64,000 nucleotides of DNA from Dehalococcoidia bacterium (GTDB lineage: Bacteria; Chloroflexota; Dehalococcoidia; Lucifugimonadales; UBA3495). Under the pieces are notes generated by a model. That model ran no database searches, was not told where the DNA came from, and saw nothing but the letters and a program-made list of their open reading frames with translations. Made by a program: the position numbers and the translations under genes. Each line of letters opens with the position of its first letter. Position 1 is the first letter of the stretch. The stretch spans positions 3,955,818 to 4,019,817 of the forward strand of contig OZ245439.1 in NCBI GenBank assembly GCA_965226875.1, given 5' to 3'. Positions 27,801 through 35,262 of this stretch are shown piece by piece.

Positions 27801-28027
27801 CCGTCGCCAGCCAGTTGCTCAGTAGCCTTAACCACAAGTCGGCCGTGGCCGCCTACATCCGTCGGAGCGACGAGGCGTGGCGCGGCTACTGGGAGCGGGT
27901 GGAGGGCGAGTTCCTGTCCCGCCTGGCCACGTTCCCGCTGTCTGCCCCCGAGTCCCCGCAGGTGGCCGTCAGCGCGGAGACCGATCTGCTGCTGGCCCAA
28001 GAAGCCGCACCCCCCCAGGGGCAATAA
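24872..28027 (+). CDS. Divergent SecA-family ATPase (SecA paralog-like)
   Basis: MDAGEGKT Walker A, HVVTANDYLAERD, IIDEADHALIDEAFTPLIISG, YRQISGITGTA, ATHMAGRGTDI and LQLNGRSGRQGQFG...FLSLEDRL are all SecA hallmarks, with substitutions at usually conserved positions. ATG at 24872, 8 nt after the upstream stop. The ORF-track start at 24686 is rejected. Confidence 0.85.
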   Translation: MKRRQPSPSALLSRIRDYEFASHSDGDLRLALRRLQSRAVETATDGLLPECFAIVAEAIDRRLGVWRLFDDSRPADASAEDARIIAETTSDVARQRTHRRPGEILLPAGFYQAARRQDENGRLRFRATGEQLLAGIHLFRGRVVQMDAGEGKTVAIAFAAALHAVLGRAVHVVTANDYLAERDAALLEPVFRSLGLSVGAVPGHMEEGERRHIYRRNIVYGAMRELGFDFLRDNLKPSTGQRVQASLDVAIIDEADHALIDEAFTPLIISGNPMGGSRSAVRVNGAVAEMIGLQRELVGELAGHIDSPETPPNSQPRLLATLLLADPDSPTLLQRLGARPRLRRQTWALAEDEYTTLTDGLYYAIHPGNRFVTLTERGREFLERRLDGFHDGEAAVGLNGNGRRPLWERRKRADTSARRVARRYALENQASQSLGAHLLLKRDVDYLVDSGVVHSGVVDPGGVDSGVDDGGIVLIDPHTGRPKPDSIYQHGLQSAVEAREGVPVHPERETLAQISASGYVNRYRQISGITGTAASAAGELRRKYGLEVAIVPPVSPPKRFDGPPAVYLTREDKLAAVVVELAARHRTGQPVLASTLTVEQSEELGRLLEERGIPHRVLNAVTTPVEASIVRDAAAFGAVTVATHMAGRGTDILVEPGLNARIARQCAAEIRRMLTEEGSDAGTVDVTCPSPDHAAVLRAELDRADVFDTMPVAGGGLSVSLRGGSGGRTGRGRLDFALGLCVIGTEIHDSGRITLQLNGRSGRQGQFGLTQTFLSLEDRLINLDADAILKLSACRRSDDDGRAYYAGPEVARRIERLQAAAEHEAEAQRGLIQDYAAELDRQTQLYYQRRQQMIDSASEPGSITAMCREVAEQVASRLAAAYLGPETDGGDYAPRFEALAEEARLDFAVDCSPLYGLDLSLVPRELAQLMTERMEQQASLPNQSKGGAAVFPEVARLLYLQVCGDLWPGHIAILRDSVASQLLSSLNHKSAVAAYIRRSDEAWRGYWERVEGEFLSRLATFPLSAPESPQVAVSAETDLLLAQEAAPPQGQ
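26216..26272 (+). repeat. 15-nt tandem repeat (about 3.8 copies) inside the SecA-like gene
   Basis: GATTCCGGGGTGGTT / CATTCCGGGGTGGTT / GATCCCGGGGGGGTT / GATTCCGGGGTT, encoding DSGVV-HSGVV-DPGGV-DSGV. Confidence 0.85.
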
Positions 28028-28030
28028 TTC

Positions 28031-29644
28031 TTACTCCTCGCCAATCTCTCTCGATCCTGATTGCTCCGTTGGTGCTTTCCCCAATTGGAGGAGGGCGAGG
28101 GGAATGGCGGCGAGGGCCACGATGGCCGCGGCGCGGAAGAAAGCGCGGAAGACCGACAGGCCGGCGATGTTCACACCGGTGGTGTACTGCTCGACGCGGG
28201 CGTTGAGGGCCTCGGTGGACTCGCCGGACTGCGGAATGGGCAGCTCCAGCCCGGCGGTCAGGAACTGGAAATGCTCCACGCCCCAGGCCGAAATTGCCGC
28301 CAGCCCCAGCGTCATGCCCATCATGCGGGCCACGGTGACCAGCGACGCGGCGGTGGCCCGGTAGTCCTCGCCCACCGATTGCAGGGCGCGGTGCAGAATG
28401 GGGGCGATGACCAGCCCGAAGCCCGCGCCCGTCAGCAGCAGTTGCAGCGTAAGCTCCGGGTCATTCACGCCGACCTCCCACCGGGAGCAGAAGAACAGGC
28501 CCGTCGCCACCATCAGCAGCCCCGCCACCGTCAGCGTCCGCCCGCCGGCCCAGGGCAGCAGCAAGCCGCCGACCACCGAGGCCAGCGGTATCACCCCGGT
28601 CATTCGCAGCAGCCACATGGCCCCGGTGAACGGGTCCTTCTGCATCACGGTGTCGGCGGTCAGCGGCACGGTCACCAAGGCGATAATCAGGGACACGCCG
28701 ACCAGCGCCTGCGTCAGGTTGGACAGGATGAAGCCCCATGAGCGCAGGAAGACGTGGGCCAGGAGCGGCTGCCAGGTTCGCCGCTCCACCGCCACCAGCA
28801 CGCCGCCAATCCCCAGCCCGGAGGCGGCCAGGATGAAGGGGGCGGGAGAGGCCAGGGTGAATAAGTCGCTGCGGGAGAGGCCCAGCGACAGCAGCAACAG
28901 GGCAGCGATGAGCAACGCGCCGCCCAAGTAGTCCACTCTGGGTTCCCTCCCTGCCCTTCCCCCCCGGCGGGGGGAAGAAAGTTTATTTTCCGCTCCGCGA
29001 GGGGCTGACGATGGTGAAGGCCCCCGGCGAAGGGGAATCAGCTGGGGGCCGGGAAGCCGCATCAGGGCCACAAACACCACGGCGCTCTGCGGCACGTTGA
29101 GCCAGAAGATCCATCGCCAACTGGACAGCTCGACGATTGCGCCGCCATAGGCCGGGCCCAGCATGGAACCGGCCTCCGCCGCGCCCCCAACCACGCCCAA
29201 GGCCAAGGCCCGCCGCTCCGGCGGCACCAGCGTCGTCGCCAGCGCCATGCCCAGCGGCACCGTCGCCCCGCCGCCGATGGCCTGGATAACCCGGGCCCCG
29301 ATCATAAACTCAAAGCTCTGGGCCACGGCCACCAGGCTGGTGCCGATGCAGAACACCACCAGCGCGGCCTGGTAGACTCGCGGGTAGCCGTAAACGTCGC
29401 CCAGCCGGCCGATCAGCGGCATGGCCACGGTGTAGCCCAGCAGGTACGCGGTGATAATCCACGAGACCCGATCCAGCTCGGTAATCGGAATCTTGAGGTC
29501 CAGCATCACGCTGGGCAGCGCGGTGACCACCACCGTCTGGTCCAGGGCCGCGATGAAGGCCCCCAGCCCAGCAATGGTCAGGATGGCCCAGGTGGAACGC
29601 CGGCCACCCTGGAGGGACTCATCCGGCGTGGGTTCAGAAGCCAC
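28031..29644 (-). CDS. MFS transporter, DHA2 (EmrB/QacA-like, 14-TMS type)
   Basis: 537 aa. LDQTVVVTALPS, GRLGDVYG and many TM segments. The central loop carries a REP1-derived insert. Confidence 0.9.
   Translation of the reverse strand: MASEPTPDESLQGGRRSTWAILTIAGLGAFIAALDQTVVVTALPSVMLDLKIPITELDRVSWIITAYLLGYTVAMPLIGRLGDVYGYPRVYQAALVVFCIGTSLVAVAQSFEFMIGARVIQAIGGGATVPLGMALATTLVPPERRALALGVVGGAAEAGSMLGPAYGGAIVELSSWRWIFWLNVPQSAVVFVALMRLPGPQLIPLRRGPSPSSAPRGAENKLSSPRRGGRAGREPRVDYLGGALLIAALLLLSLGLSRSDLFTLASPAPFILAASGLGIGGVLVAVERRTWQPLLAHVFLRSWGFILSNLTQALVGVSLIIALVTVPLTADTVMQKDPFTGAMWLLRMTGVIPLASVVGGLLLPWAGGRTLTVAGLLMVATGLFFCSRWEVGVNDPELTLQLLLTGAGFGLVIAPILHRALQSVGEDYRATAASLVTVARMMGMTLGLAAISAWGVEHFQFLTAGLELPIPQSGESTEALNARVEQYTTGVNIAGLSVFRAFFRAAAIVALAAIPLALLQLGKAPTEQSGSREIGEE
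28941..28984. repeat. REP1-type element inside the MFS coding sequence (in-frame)
   Basis: rc reads CTTTCTTCCCCCC-GCC-GGGGGGAAGGGCAGGGAGGGAACC and is translated as ...SSPRRGGRAGREP... A partial related segment lies at 29013-29039. Confidence 0.65.
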
Positions 29645-29655
29645 GGGCGCGCCAA

Positions 29656-29707
29656 GAAATTCCCTCTCCCTTGTGGGAGAGGGTCAGGGTGAAGGCTAGG
29701 GTGAAAG
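29656..29707. repeat. REP1 element
   Basis: GAAATTCCCTCTCCC-TTGT-GGGAGAGGGTCAGGGTGAAGGCTAGGGTGAAAG. Confidence 0.85.
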
Positions 29708-29787
29708 CGCCGGAATACAAGTCCATCCTAAAGCCCTATACGCCGCTTCATACTCCGCCGGTTTTCCGGAAGGAAATTGAGGACTTG

Positions 29788-29830
29788 GAATTCACCCTCA
29801 CCCAACCCTCTCCCTTCAGGGTAGAGAGAG
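29788..29830. repeat. REP1 element (degenerate)
   Basis: GAATTCACCCTCACCCAACCCTCTCCC-TTCA-GGGTAGAGAGAG. Confidence 0.7.
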
Positions 29831-29882
29831 TTTCTGGAGCCAACTCAATTGAGGGAGTAGGAAGCTATAAGGGCGGGTGACC

Positions 29883-30590
29883 TCACAGCTCCGGCGCGGT
29901 GATTGTTATCGGCTGGTTCAGGTTGTCGATGGTCAGCAGCCGTTGCGACTCGGGAACATCGGTTGCCACTACCTGGCCAGTGATGAGGGCCTGGCGGAGG
30001 GCGCCAGTGTCCCGGTCGGTCATGACTTCCAGCGAAACCTCGTAGCCGGTCGCGGCGGTCGGCACCAGTTCCTGTAGGTCTTCGGAGAGGATGACGCCGC
30101 CGATGCGGTAAACATCCACCCCGTCCAGTCTCTCGGCCCCCAGCAGTTCCGGCGACTGCACCTTTCCCACGATGCGGGCCAGGATGTCGCCGAAGTTGCT
30201 GAGATTGATGGGCAGGGTGTCCTGCGGCACCTCGCCCCACTGGCCGTTGAGCACGTTGGTCATGTAGGCCGTGCCGTCAATGCTGATCATGCCTATCTCC
30301 AGGTAGGAACGGGGGAAAAGCAACTCGGCCTCCACGGTAACGTCGAACTTATCGGGAACCACCGACCTGCCGTAGGCCCGGTGCATCAGGACGCCAGGCA
30401 GGAGGCTGGTGGAACCGACGATATGCTCCAGGTCGAAGGAGCCGGACTCCAGGGCAAGCAGCCGCTCCACGGTGCGTTGCAGCTCTTCCCTGGGGTCCAC
30501 CGGCTTGGGCGTCGCGGTTGGTGTGGGCGAGGCGCAGGCCGCAATGGCGACAACGGCCAGCAGGGTCAACGCGGCCAGGGCCGCCCTCAC
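29883..30590 (-). CDS. Lipoprotein, LppX/LprAFG- or LolA-like fold
   Basis: I prefer the GTG at 30590 (VRAALAALTLLAVVAIAAC lipobox). The ORF-track N-terminal extension to 30716 runs through REP1 copies. The fold assignment is tentative. Confidence 0.55.
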   Translation of the reverse strand: MRAALAALTLLAVVAIAACASPTPTATPKPVDPREELQRTVERLLALESGSFDLEHIVGSTSLLPGVLMHRAYGRSVVPDKFDVTVEAELLFPRSYLEIGMISIDGTAYMTNVLNGQWGEVPQDTLPINLSNFGDILARIVGKVQSPELLGAERLDGVDVYRIGGVILSEDLQELVPTAATGYEVSLEVMTDRDTGALRQALITGQVVATDVPESQRLLTIDNLNQPITITAPEL

Positions 30591-30693
30591 CCTGACCCTC
30601 TGCCAGAGGAAGAGGGAACAACCAGAAACCCTCTCCCGGAAGGGGAGGGAACGCCGACTGACCCTGCCTCGAGGGGAGGAGGGTCGCTGGGGG
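30583..30693. repeat. Cluster of three REP1-type elements
   Basis: CGCCCTCACCCTGACCCTCTGCCAGAGGAAGAGGG..., AACCCTCTCCCGGAAGGGGAGGG... and GACCCTGCCTCGAGGGGAGGAGGGTC... Confidence 0.75.
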
Positions 30694-30700
30694 AATCCGT

Positions 30701-32032
30701 TCAGTTCCAAGACCACACCGCCACCTTGCCCGATGCGATGCGGCGGGCATCGCCGGTGCCCACGTCGACGACGTAGACCTGCCCGCCGGCGGGGCCGCTG
30801 CCGTTGCGTCTGGCAGGCTCCGGGCCGTCGGTGCCGGCAACCACCAGCGCGGAACCGTCGGGCGCCCAGATGGAATGGGAGTAGGCGTACTGGTCGAAGA
30901 AGCTGAACATGGTAAACAGCTCTCCCGTGGGGCTGAACCGGAAAAGGTGGCGCGGCTCCCCGGCTGCCGCGCCGGATTCCACCGCGGAAACCGCCAGGTC
31001 CATGGAGCGGCTGAGCGGGTCAATGCCAATCCAGGCGATGTTGTCGCCCTGCGGCGACCAGAAGAACGCCAGCAACGACTCGTCCACCAAAACGGAACTG
31101 CCGGAACCGTCGGCCCTGACCAACCGCAGGCTGTCGAACACCGGGGTGCCGGGGCGAGACTGCTCGGCCACTGCCAGCGTCGAGCCGTCGGGGGCCCACG
31201 CAAAGGCGGTCATGCCCTGCGTTTCCATCAACAGACTCGGTGCCGGGGCATTGCCAGTGGGAGTGAGGTAGACCCCCTCCACTCCTCCCGATATACCCGC
31301 ATAGGCCAACTGGGAGCCGTCGGGCGAGATGGCAGGGACGCGGAAGTTGAAGGCGTCCACGGCCACGCGGGTTGCATCGCCGTCGGGTGTCGGGCTCTGG
31401 ATGGTCACCAGATCGCCGCTGTGAACCGCAATCTGGCCCTCGTCGCCAGCCCAATGGTAGTATAGCGGGGCGCCCAGTGCGATGGCGTCCACTTCTCCAT
31501 CAGACTGGTAGTCCCGCACCAGCAGGGCCAGCCCTTCGGGAGTGGGAGCCAGAAAGGTCAAGTAGCGGTCGTTGGGAGACCAGTAGATGTAGTGCGCCGC
31601 ACCGTCGGCCACTGGCGCGGGCACTTCGTTATTGTAGGCCGAAACCATCCGGCCGGAGGACAGCTCGAACACCTGCACCGACAGGCCGCCGTTGCTCCCG
31701 CTGACCGATACGCGGGAGGCCGCGATCCTGCCACCGTCCCGCGACCAGGTTGGCCAGCCATAGGAATCACCCTGCTGTAGCGGCTGGGCCAATACCCCGG
31801 CCCGCACGCCGCCGGTCAACCGCTCCTCGCCGGTGGCGTCGGGGTTGATGAGCAGCAGGTCGCCGCTGTTGTTGATGTAGGCTATTCGGTTCACCATGAG
31901 CTCTCCAGTTTCACCCGTCCCAGATTCAGACGAAGGAATCTCCTGTATTGATTCCACGCCGGAACAGCCCGGCAGACTCCCAAAGACCAGCAGGGCCATC
32001 ATCAAAAGCAGCAATAGGAGTCCTGGCTTCAT
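30701..32032 (-). CDS. TolB-like beta-propeller (PD40/WD40-like repeats) lipoprotein
   Basis: 443 aa. Signal/lipobox MKPGLLLLLLMMALLVFGSLPGC. Repeated ...SPDG..LA/...WSPDG... blades. Confidence 0.78.
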   Translation of the reverse strand: MKPGLLLLLLMMALLVFGSLPGCSGVESIQEIPSSESGTGETGELMVNRIAYINNSGDLLLINPDATGEERLTGGVRAGVLAQPLQQGDSYGWPTWSRDGGRIAASRVSVSGSNGGLSVQVFELSSGRMVSAYNNEVPAPVADGAAHYIYWSPNDRYLTFLAPTPEGLALLVRDYQSDGEVDAIALGAPLYYHWAGDEGQIAVHSGDLVTIQSPTPDGDATRVAVDAFNFRVPAISPDGSQLAYAGISGGVEGVYLTPTGNAPAPSLLMETQGMTAFAWAPDGSTLAVAEQSRPGTPVFDSLRLVRADGSGSSVLVDESLLAFFWSPQGDNIAWIGIDPLSRSMDLAVSAVESGAAAGEPRHLFRFSPTGELFTMFSFFDQYAYSHSIWAPDGSALVVAGTDGPEPARRNGSGPAGGQVYVVDVGTGDARRIASGKVAVWSWN

Positions 32033-32093
32033 CGTCTCTCCTCTCCCGGAGAACGCAGCACTGGCTCACTCCGCCATGATAACAAAGAAAATT

Positions 32094-32440
32094 CGTGGAC
32101 AAACAACCCGATCCGGTGGGCAAACTCCCCGCACGGGGTATACAAACAGGGCCGGGCAGTGGGTTTGCCCACACGAGCGGCAAGACCCGCCAGACAAATA
32201 CCCGCACGCCGCCAGCAATCAAACCCAACAAGACAGGCATTATCCACCAAGACAGGCTGACTATACATGCTAAAATGAAACCTGAAACACCCATATTCCA
32301 GCTTGATACGTTTCCAGTATAGGCACTCAGCCCCCGTACCAAGGAAATTTGTCCACCCTATCAACGGCCTTACTGATGTTATTACAAGCAATTAAGAATA
32401 GATTTTGAGAAATAAATTTAGAAACGATAATGGCAATCAG
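32094..32440. other. DnaA-box-like motif cluster plus AT-rich stretch (origin-like or regulatory region)
   Basis: TTGTCCAC-type 9-mers at 32094-32102 (rc), 32240-32248 (TTATCCACC) and 32349-32357. TTGCCCAC variants at 32115-32124 (rc) and 32164-32173. AT-rich segment at about 32380-32440. Confidence 0.3.
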
Positions 32441-32483
32441 GGCCGCAGATCATTTGGCACTGATTGTTCGACGGTAATGAGCA

Positions 32484-33770
32484 ATGATTGATACGGTTAG
32501 GCTGAATATCAAGGCAGGCAACGGCGGCAACGGCTGCGCCAGCTTTCTCAGGGAAAAGTACCGCCCTCGCGGTGGTCCCAACGGTGGGGACGGTGGGGAC
32601 GGCGGCAACACCTACCTTGCAGGCGACTCGTCGTATAATACGCTGCTGCACATTAAGTTCAACAGCACGGTCTACTGCGAGTCGGGCCATCATGGGAAGG
32701 GCAAGAACCGCCACGGCGGGAACGGCGAGGACACCATAATCCCTGTTCCCATCGGAACCGTGGTCTGTCGTGTCAACAACGACGGCTCCCGCGACTTCCT
32801 GACCGACATTCGCGGCACCACTCCCTACCTCGTGGGCCGGGGCGGACGGGGGGGCTGGGGCAATGCCCGTTTCTCCACCTCGACCAACCAGGAGCCGGTG
32901 TTGGCCGAGCGGGGCGAGCGGGGCGAGGGCGCCGTGCTGTTCCTGGAGCTGAAGCTGCTGGCCGACGTGGGCCTGCTGGCCCGTCCCAACGCCGGCAAGT
33001 CCACCCTCATATCGCGCTGCTCGGCGGCCAAGGCCCGGGTGGCCGACTATCCCTTCACCACCGTGGAGCCGGTGCTGGGGGTGGTGCGCTCCGGCGCCAG
33101 CGACTTCGTAATGATGGAGATTCCCGGCCTGCTGGAAGGCGCTCACCAGGGCGTCGGCTTGGGCCACCAGTTCCTGCGCCATGCCGAGCGCGCCCGTCTG
33201 TACATCCACCTGATCGACGGGCTCACAGAGGATCCCGCGGACGATTACCGGATGGTCAGGGGTGAACTTTTGCACTTCAACCCGGAACTGGCCGGCAAGC
33301 GGCAACTGGTGGTGGTCAACAAGATAGACGTTACCGAGGTCCGCGAGCAGCGGGAAGCTATCGCCACCGCAGTGACCGCAGCACTGAGGAAGGGTGGGGA
33401 TGGGAACGGGGAGGTCATGTTCATCTCCGCGGTCACCGGCGAGGGCGTGGCCGCGATGCTGACCCGCATATCCGCCATCCTGAAGGAACTGCCCAAGGAT
33501 GAACCGGCCAGCGAGGAAGAAGGCTGGGCACCCGCCCCGCGCCGGCGGGAACGAGTGCCGGAATCGGTGCAGGTCGAGAATGGTGTCTACGTCATAGAAT
33601 CGGACCGGCTGGAGCGACTGAGTGCGCTGGCCGACACGCGAGACCAACGGGTGCTGTTGCAACTGTGGCGCGAGATGCGCCGCTCCGGGTTGGCTGACAA
33701 GCTGATAGACGCGGGAATCGAGGTGGGCGACACCATCCGCATGGGGAGAGTGGAAGTGGAATGGTTCTGA
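32484..33770 (+). CDS. obg: GTPase ObgE/CgtA
   Basis: 428 aa. MIDTVRLNIKAGNGGNGCASFLREKY (Obg fold), GLLARPNAGKST, DIPGL and NKID G-motifs, plus a C-terminal OCT domain. Confidence 0.95.
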   Translation: MIDTVRLNIKAGNGGNGCASFLREKYRPRGGPNGGDGGDGGNTYLAGDSSYNTLLHIKFNSTVYCESGHHGKGKNRHGGNGEDTIIPVPIGTVVCRVNNDGSRDFLTDIRGTTPYLVGRGGRGGWGNARFSTSTNQEPVLAERGERGEGAVLFLELKLLADVGLLARPNAGKSTLISRCSAAKARVADYPFTTVEPVLGVVRSGASDFVMMEIPGLLEGAHQGVGLGHQFLRHAERARLYIHLIDGLTEDPADDYRMVRGELLHFNPELAGKRQLVVVNKIDVTEVREQREAIATAVTAALRKGGDGNGEVMFISAVTGEGVAAMLTRISAILKELPKDEPASEEEGWAPAPRRRERVPESVQVENGVYVIESDRLERLSALADTRDQRVLLQLWREMRRSGLADKLIDAGIEVGDTIRMGRVEVEWF

Positions 33771-34378
33771 CCCGCATTGGCGTCCTCGGGGGGACCTTCG
33801 ACCCGGTACACCGGGGCCATGTGGAGATCGCCCGCCGCGCCATGGAGGAAGCGGCTCTTGAGCGAGTCATATTCATCCCCGCCGCCCAGCCCCGCCTGAA
33901 GTCCGGCGAGCCGTCGGCCAGCCCGCAACAGCGTCTCGAAATGCTGCGTCTGGCCGTCGAAGGCGTCCCTGGGTTCGAGGTATCAGACGTCGAACTGCGC
34001 CGCTCCGGGCCCACGCTGACCGTGGAGACGCTGGGGGAACTGCGGGAGGGACAGGAGGATGGGAGGGAGTTGTTCTTCATCCTCGGCCTGGACGCGCTGG
34101 CCCGCTTCGACCAGTGGGTGGAGCCGGGGCGGGTGGTAGGGCTGGCCCGCCTGCTGGCGGTGAGCCGTCCGGGGTACGCGGGGTTTGACTGGCCCGGCTT
34201 CTACGCCCGCAACCCCTACGCCGTGGGCCGGGTGGACTGCATAGACTCCACGGCGATAGACATCAGCGCCAGCGAACTGCGCCAACGCCTTGCGTCGGGC
34301 GCGTCCGTAAGCGGCCTGCTGCCGAAGGCGGTCGAGCGGTACATACGGCAGAGGGGATTGTACGGGGCGCATCAGTGA
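33761..34378 (+). CDS. nadD: Nicotinate-nucleotide adenylyltransferase
   Basis: 205 aa. IGVLGGTFDPVHRGH...ISASELR. Overlaps the obg end by 10 nt, which is the usual conserved obg-nadD arrangement. Confidence 0.9.
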   Translation: MVLTRIGVLGGTFDPVHRGHVEIARRAMEEAALERVIFIPAAQPRLKSGEPSASPQQRLEMLRLAVEGVPGFEVSDVELRRSGPTLTVETLGELREGQEDGRELFFILGLDALARFDQWVEPGRVVGLARLLAVSRPGYAGFDWPGFYARNPYAVGRVDCIDSTAIDISASELRQRLASGASVSGLLPKAVERYIRQRGLYGAHQ

Positions 34379-34477
34379 TGTCCGGGCGCTTGAGGCAGTG
34401 ATTTCGGCAAGCGAGGCGATGTGATAAGATGCCGCGCAACGTCGTGCGAAACATCTGATCGCGCATAAGGGGACATT

Positions 34478-35080
34478 ATGACCAGTGCGTTGTCTGCCGG
34501 AGCTTCAGAGCAGCCTTTGGCCGATCCTGCCCGTTTGCTGGAGGATTCAGGCGCGTTGCTTTTCGGGGACTTCACGCTGGCGTCGGGCAAGCGATCCGAC
34601 TACTACTTTGATTCCAAGAAGCTCACCCTGGAACCGTCGGGAGCTCGCTTCATTGCAAGCCATATTGTCGACAAACTGGACGCTGAGGGAATTCGGTATG
34701 TGGGAGGCGTCGCCTACGGTGGCATCCCCATAGTGTCGCACATTGCCCTGCTCAGCGAGTTGCGGGACGGGGATCCCATCCGAGCCTTCTACCACCGGAA
34801 GGAAGCGAAGGGACACGGCACCAGCGCCGCGGCCGAAGGCCAGTTCCCGGAGCCGGACGCGCCCGTTGCCATCGTGGAAGATGTGGTCACGACCGGAGGC
34901 TCGTTGCTGGAAGCCATCCGCTTGGCGAAGGCCAGCGGCTACAACGTAACCCACGCCATTACCCTGGTGGACCGCGACGAGGGCGGAAGGGAGGCGGTGG
35001 AGGCTGCGGGCTACAAGTTCTGGTCGCTCTTCCGGGTGGAGCGGACGGATGACGGGGTGAGGATGGTGCCCAGCGTCTAG
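34478..35080 (+). CDS. pyrE: Orotate phosphoribosyltransferase
   Basis: 200 aa. GDFTLASGKRSDYYFD...VAIVEDVVTTGGS PRPP-binding motif. Confidence 0.9.
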   Translation: MTSALSAGASEQPLADPARLLEDSGALLFGDFTLASGKRSDYYFDSKKLTLEPSGARFIASHIVDKLDAEGIRYVGGVAYGGIPIVSHIALLSELRDGDPIRAFYHRKEAKGHGTSAAAEGQFPEPDAPVAIVEDVVTTGGSLLEAIRLAKASGYNVTHAITLVDRDEGGREAVEAAGYKFWSLFRVERTDDGVRMVPSV

Positions 35081-35148
35081 TAGCCGGTTGCGCAGGCGCT
35101 CATTGCCTGGCGTCTATACGAGATAGTTGGCCGGGCCATTCGAGTATC

Positions 35149-35178
35149 TTAGAAATTATCTAAAAATCAACTGGCCCT
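35149..35178 (+). repeat. 30-nt dispersed repeat, copy 1 (TTAGAAATTATCTAAAAATCAACTGGCCCT)
   Basis: 26/30 identity with 37353-37382 in the same orientation. Both copies are intergenic and each is followed by a REP element. Confidence 0.7.
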
Positions 35179-35212
35179 GGCCCTGGCCGGGATTCCGGGG
35201 ATGAGGGGTGGA

Positions 35213-35250
35213 CGCCCTCACCACGGCCCTCTCCCTCTGGGAGAGGGAGC
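35213..35250. repeat. REP1 element
   Basis: CGCCCTCACCACGGCCCTCTCCC-TCT-GGGAGAGGGAGC. Confidence 0.8.
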
Positions 35251-35262
35251 TTTTGACGACTG

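Noticed and set aside
30591-30716. ORF-track N-terminal extensions running through REP1 copies (29883-30716 and 50396-51961).
   Set aside because: The extensions translate repeat DNA (…RERVSGCSLFLWQRVRVR…, …SLSLRERVRERENRK…). Internal starts give proper signal-peptide or TM N-termini.
32040-32480. A known housekeeping ncRNA (tmRNA, RNase P RNA, SRP RNA or 6S RNA) in the long intergenic region.
   Set aside because: None of the conserved signature sequences I know for these RNAs is present on either strand.
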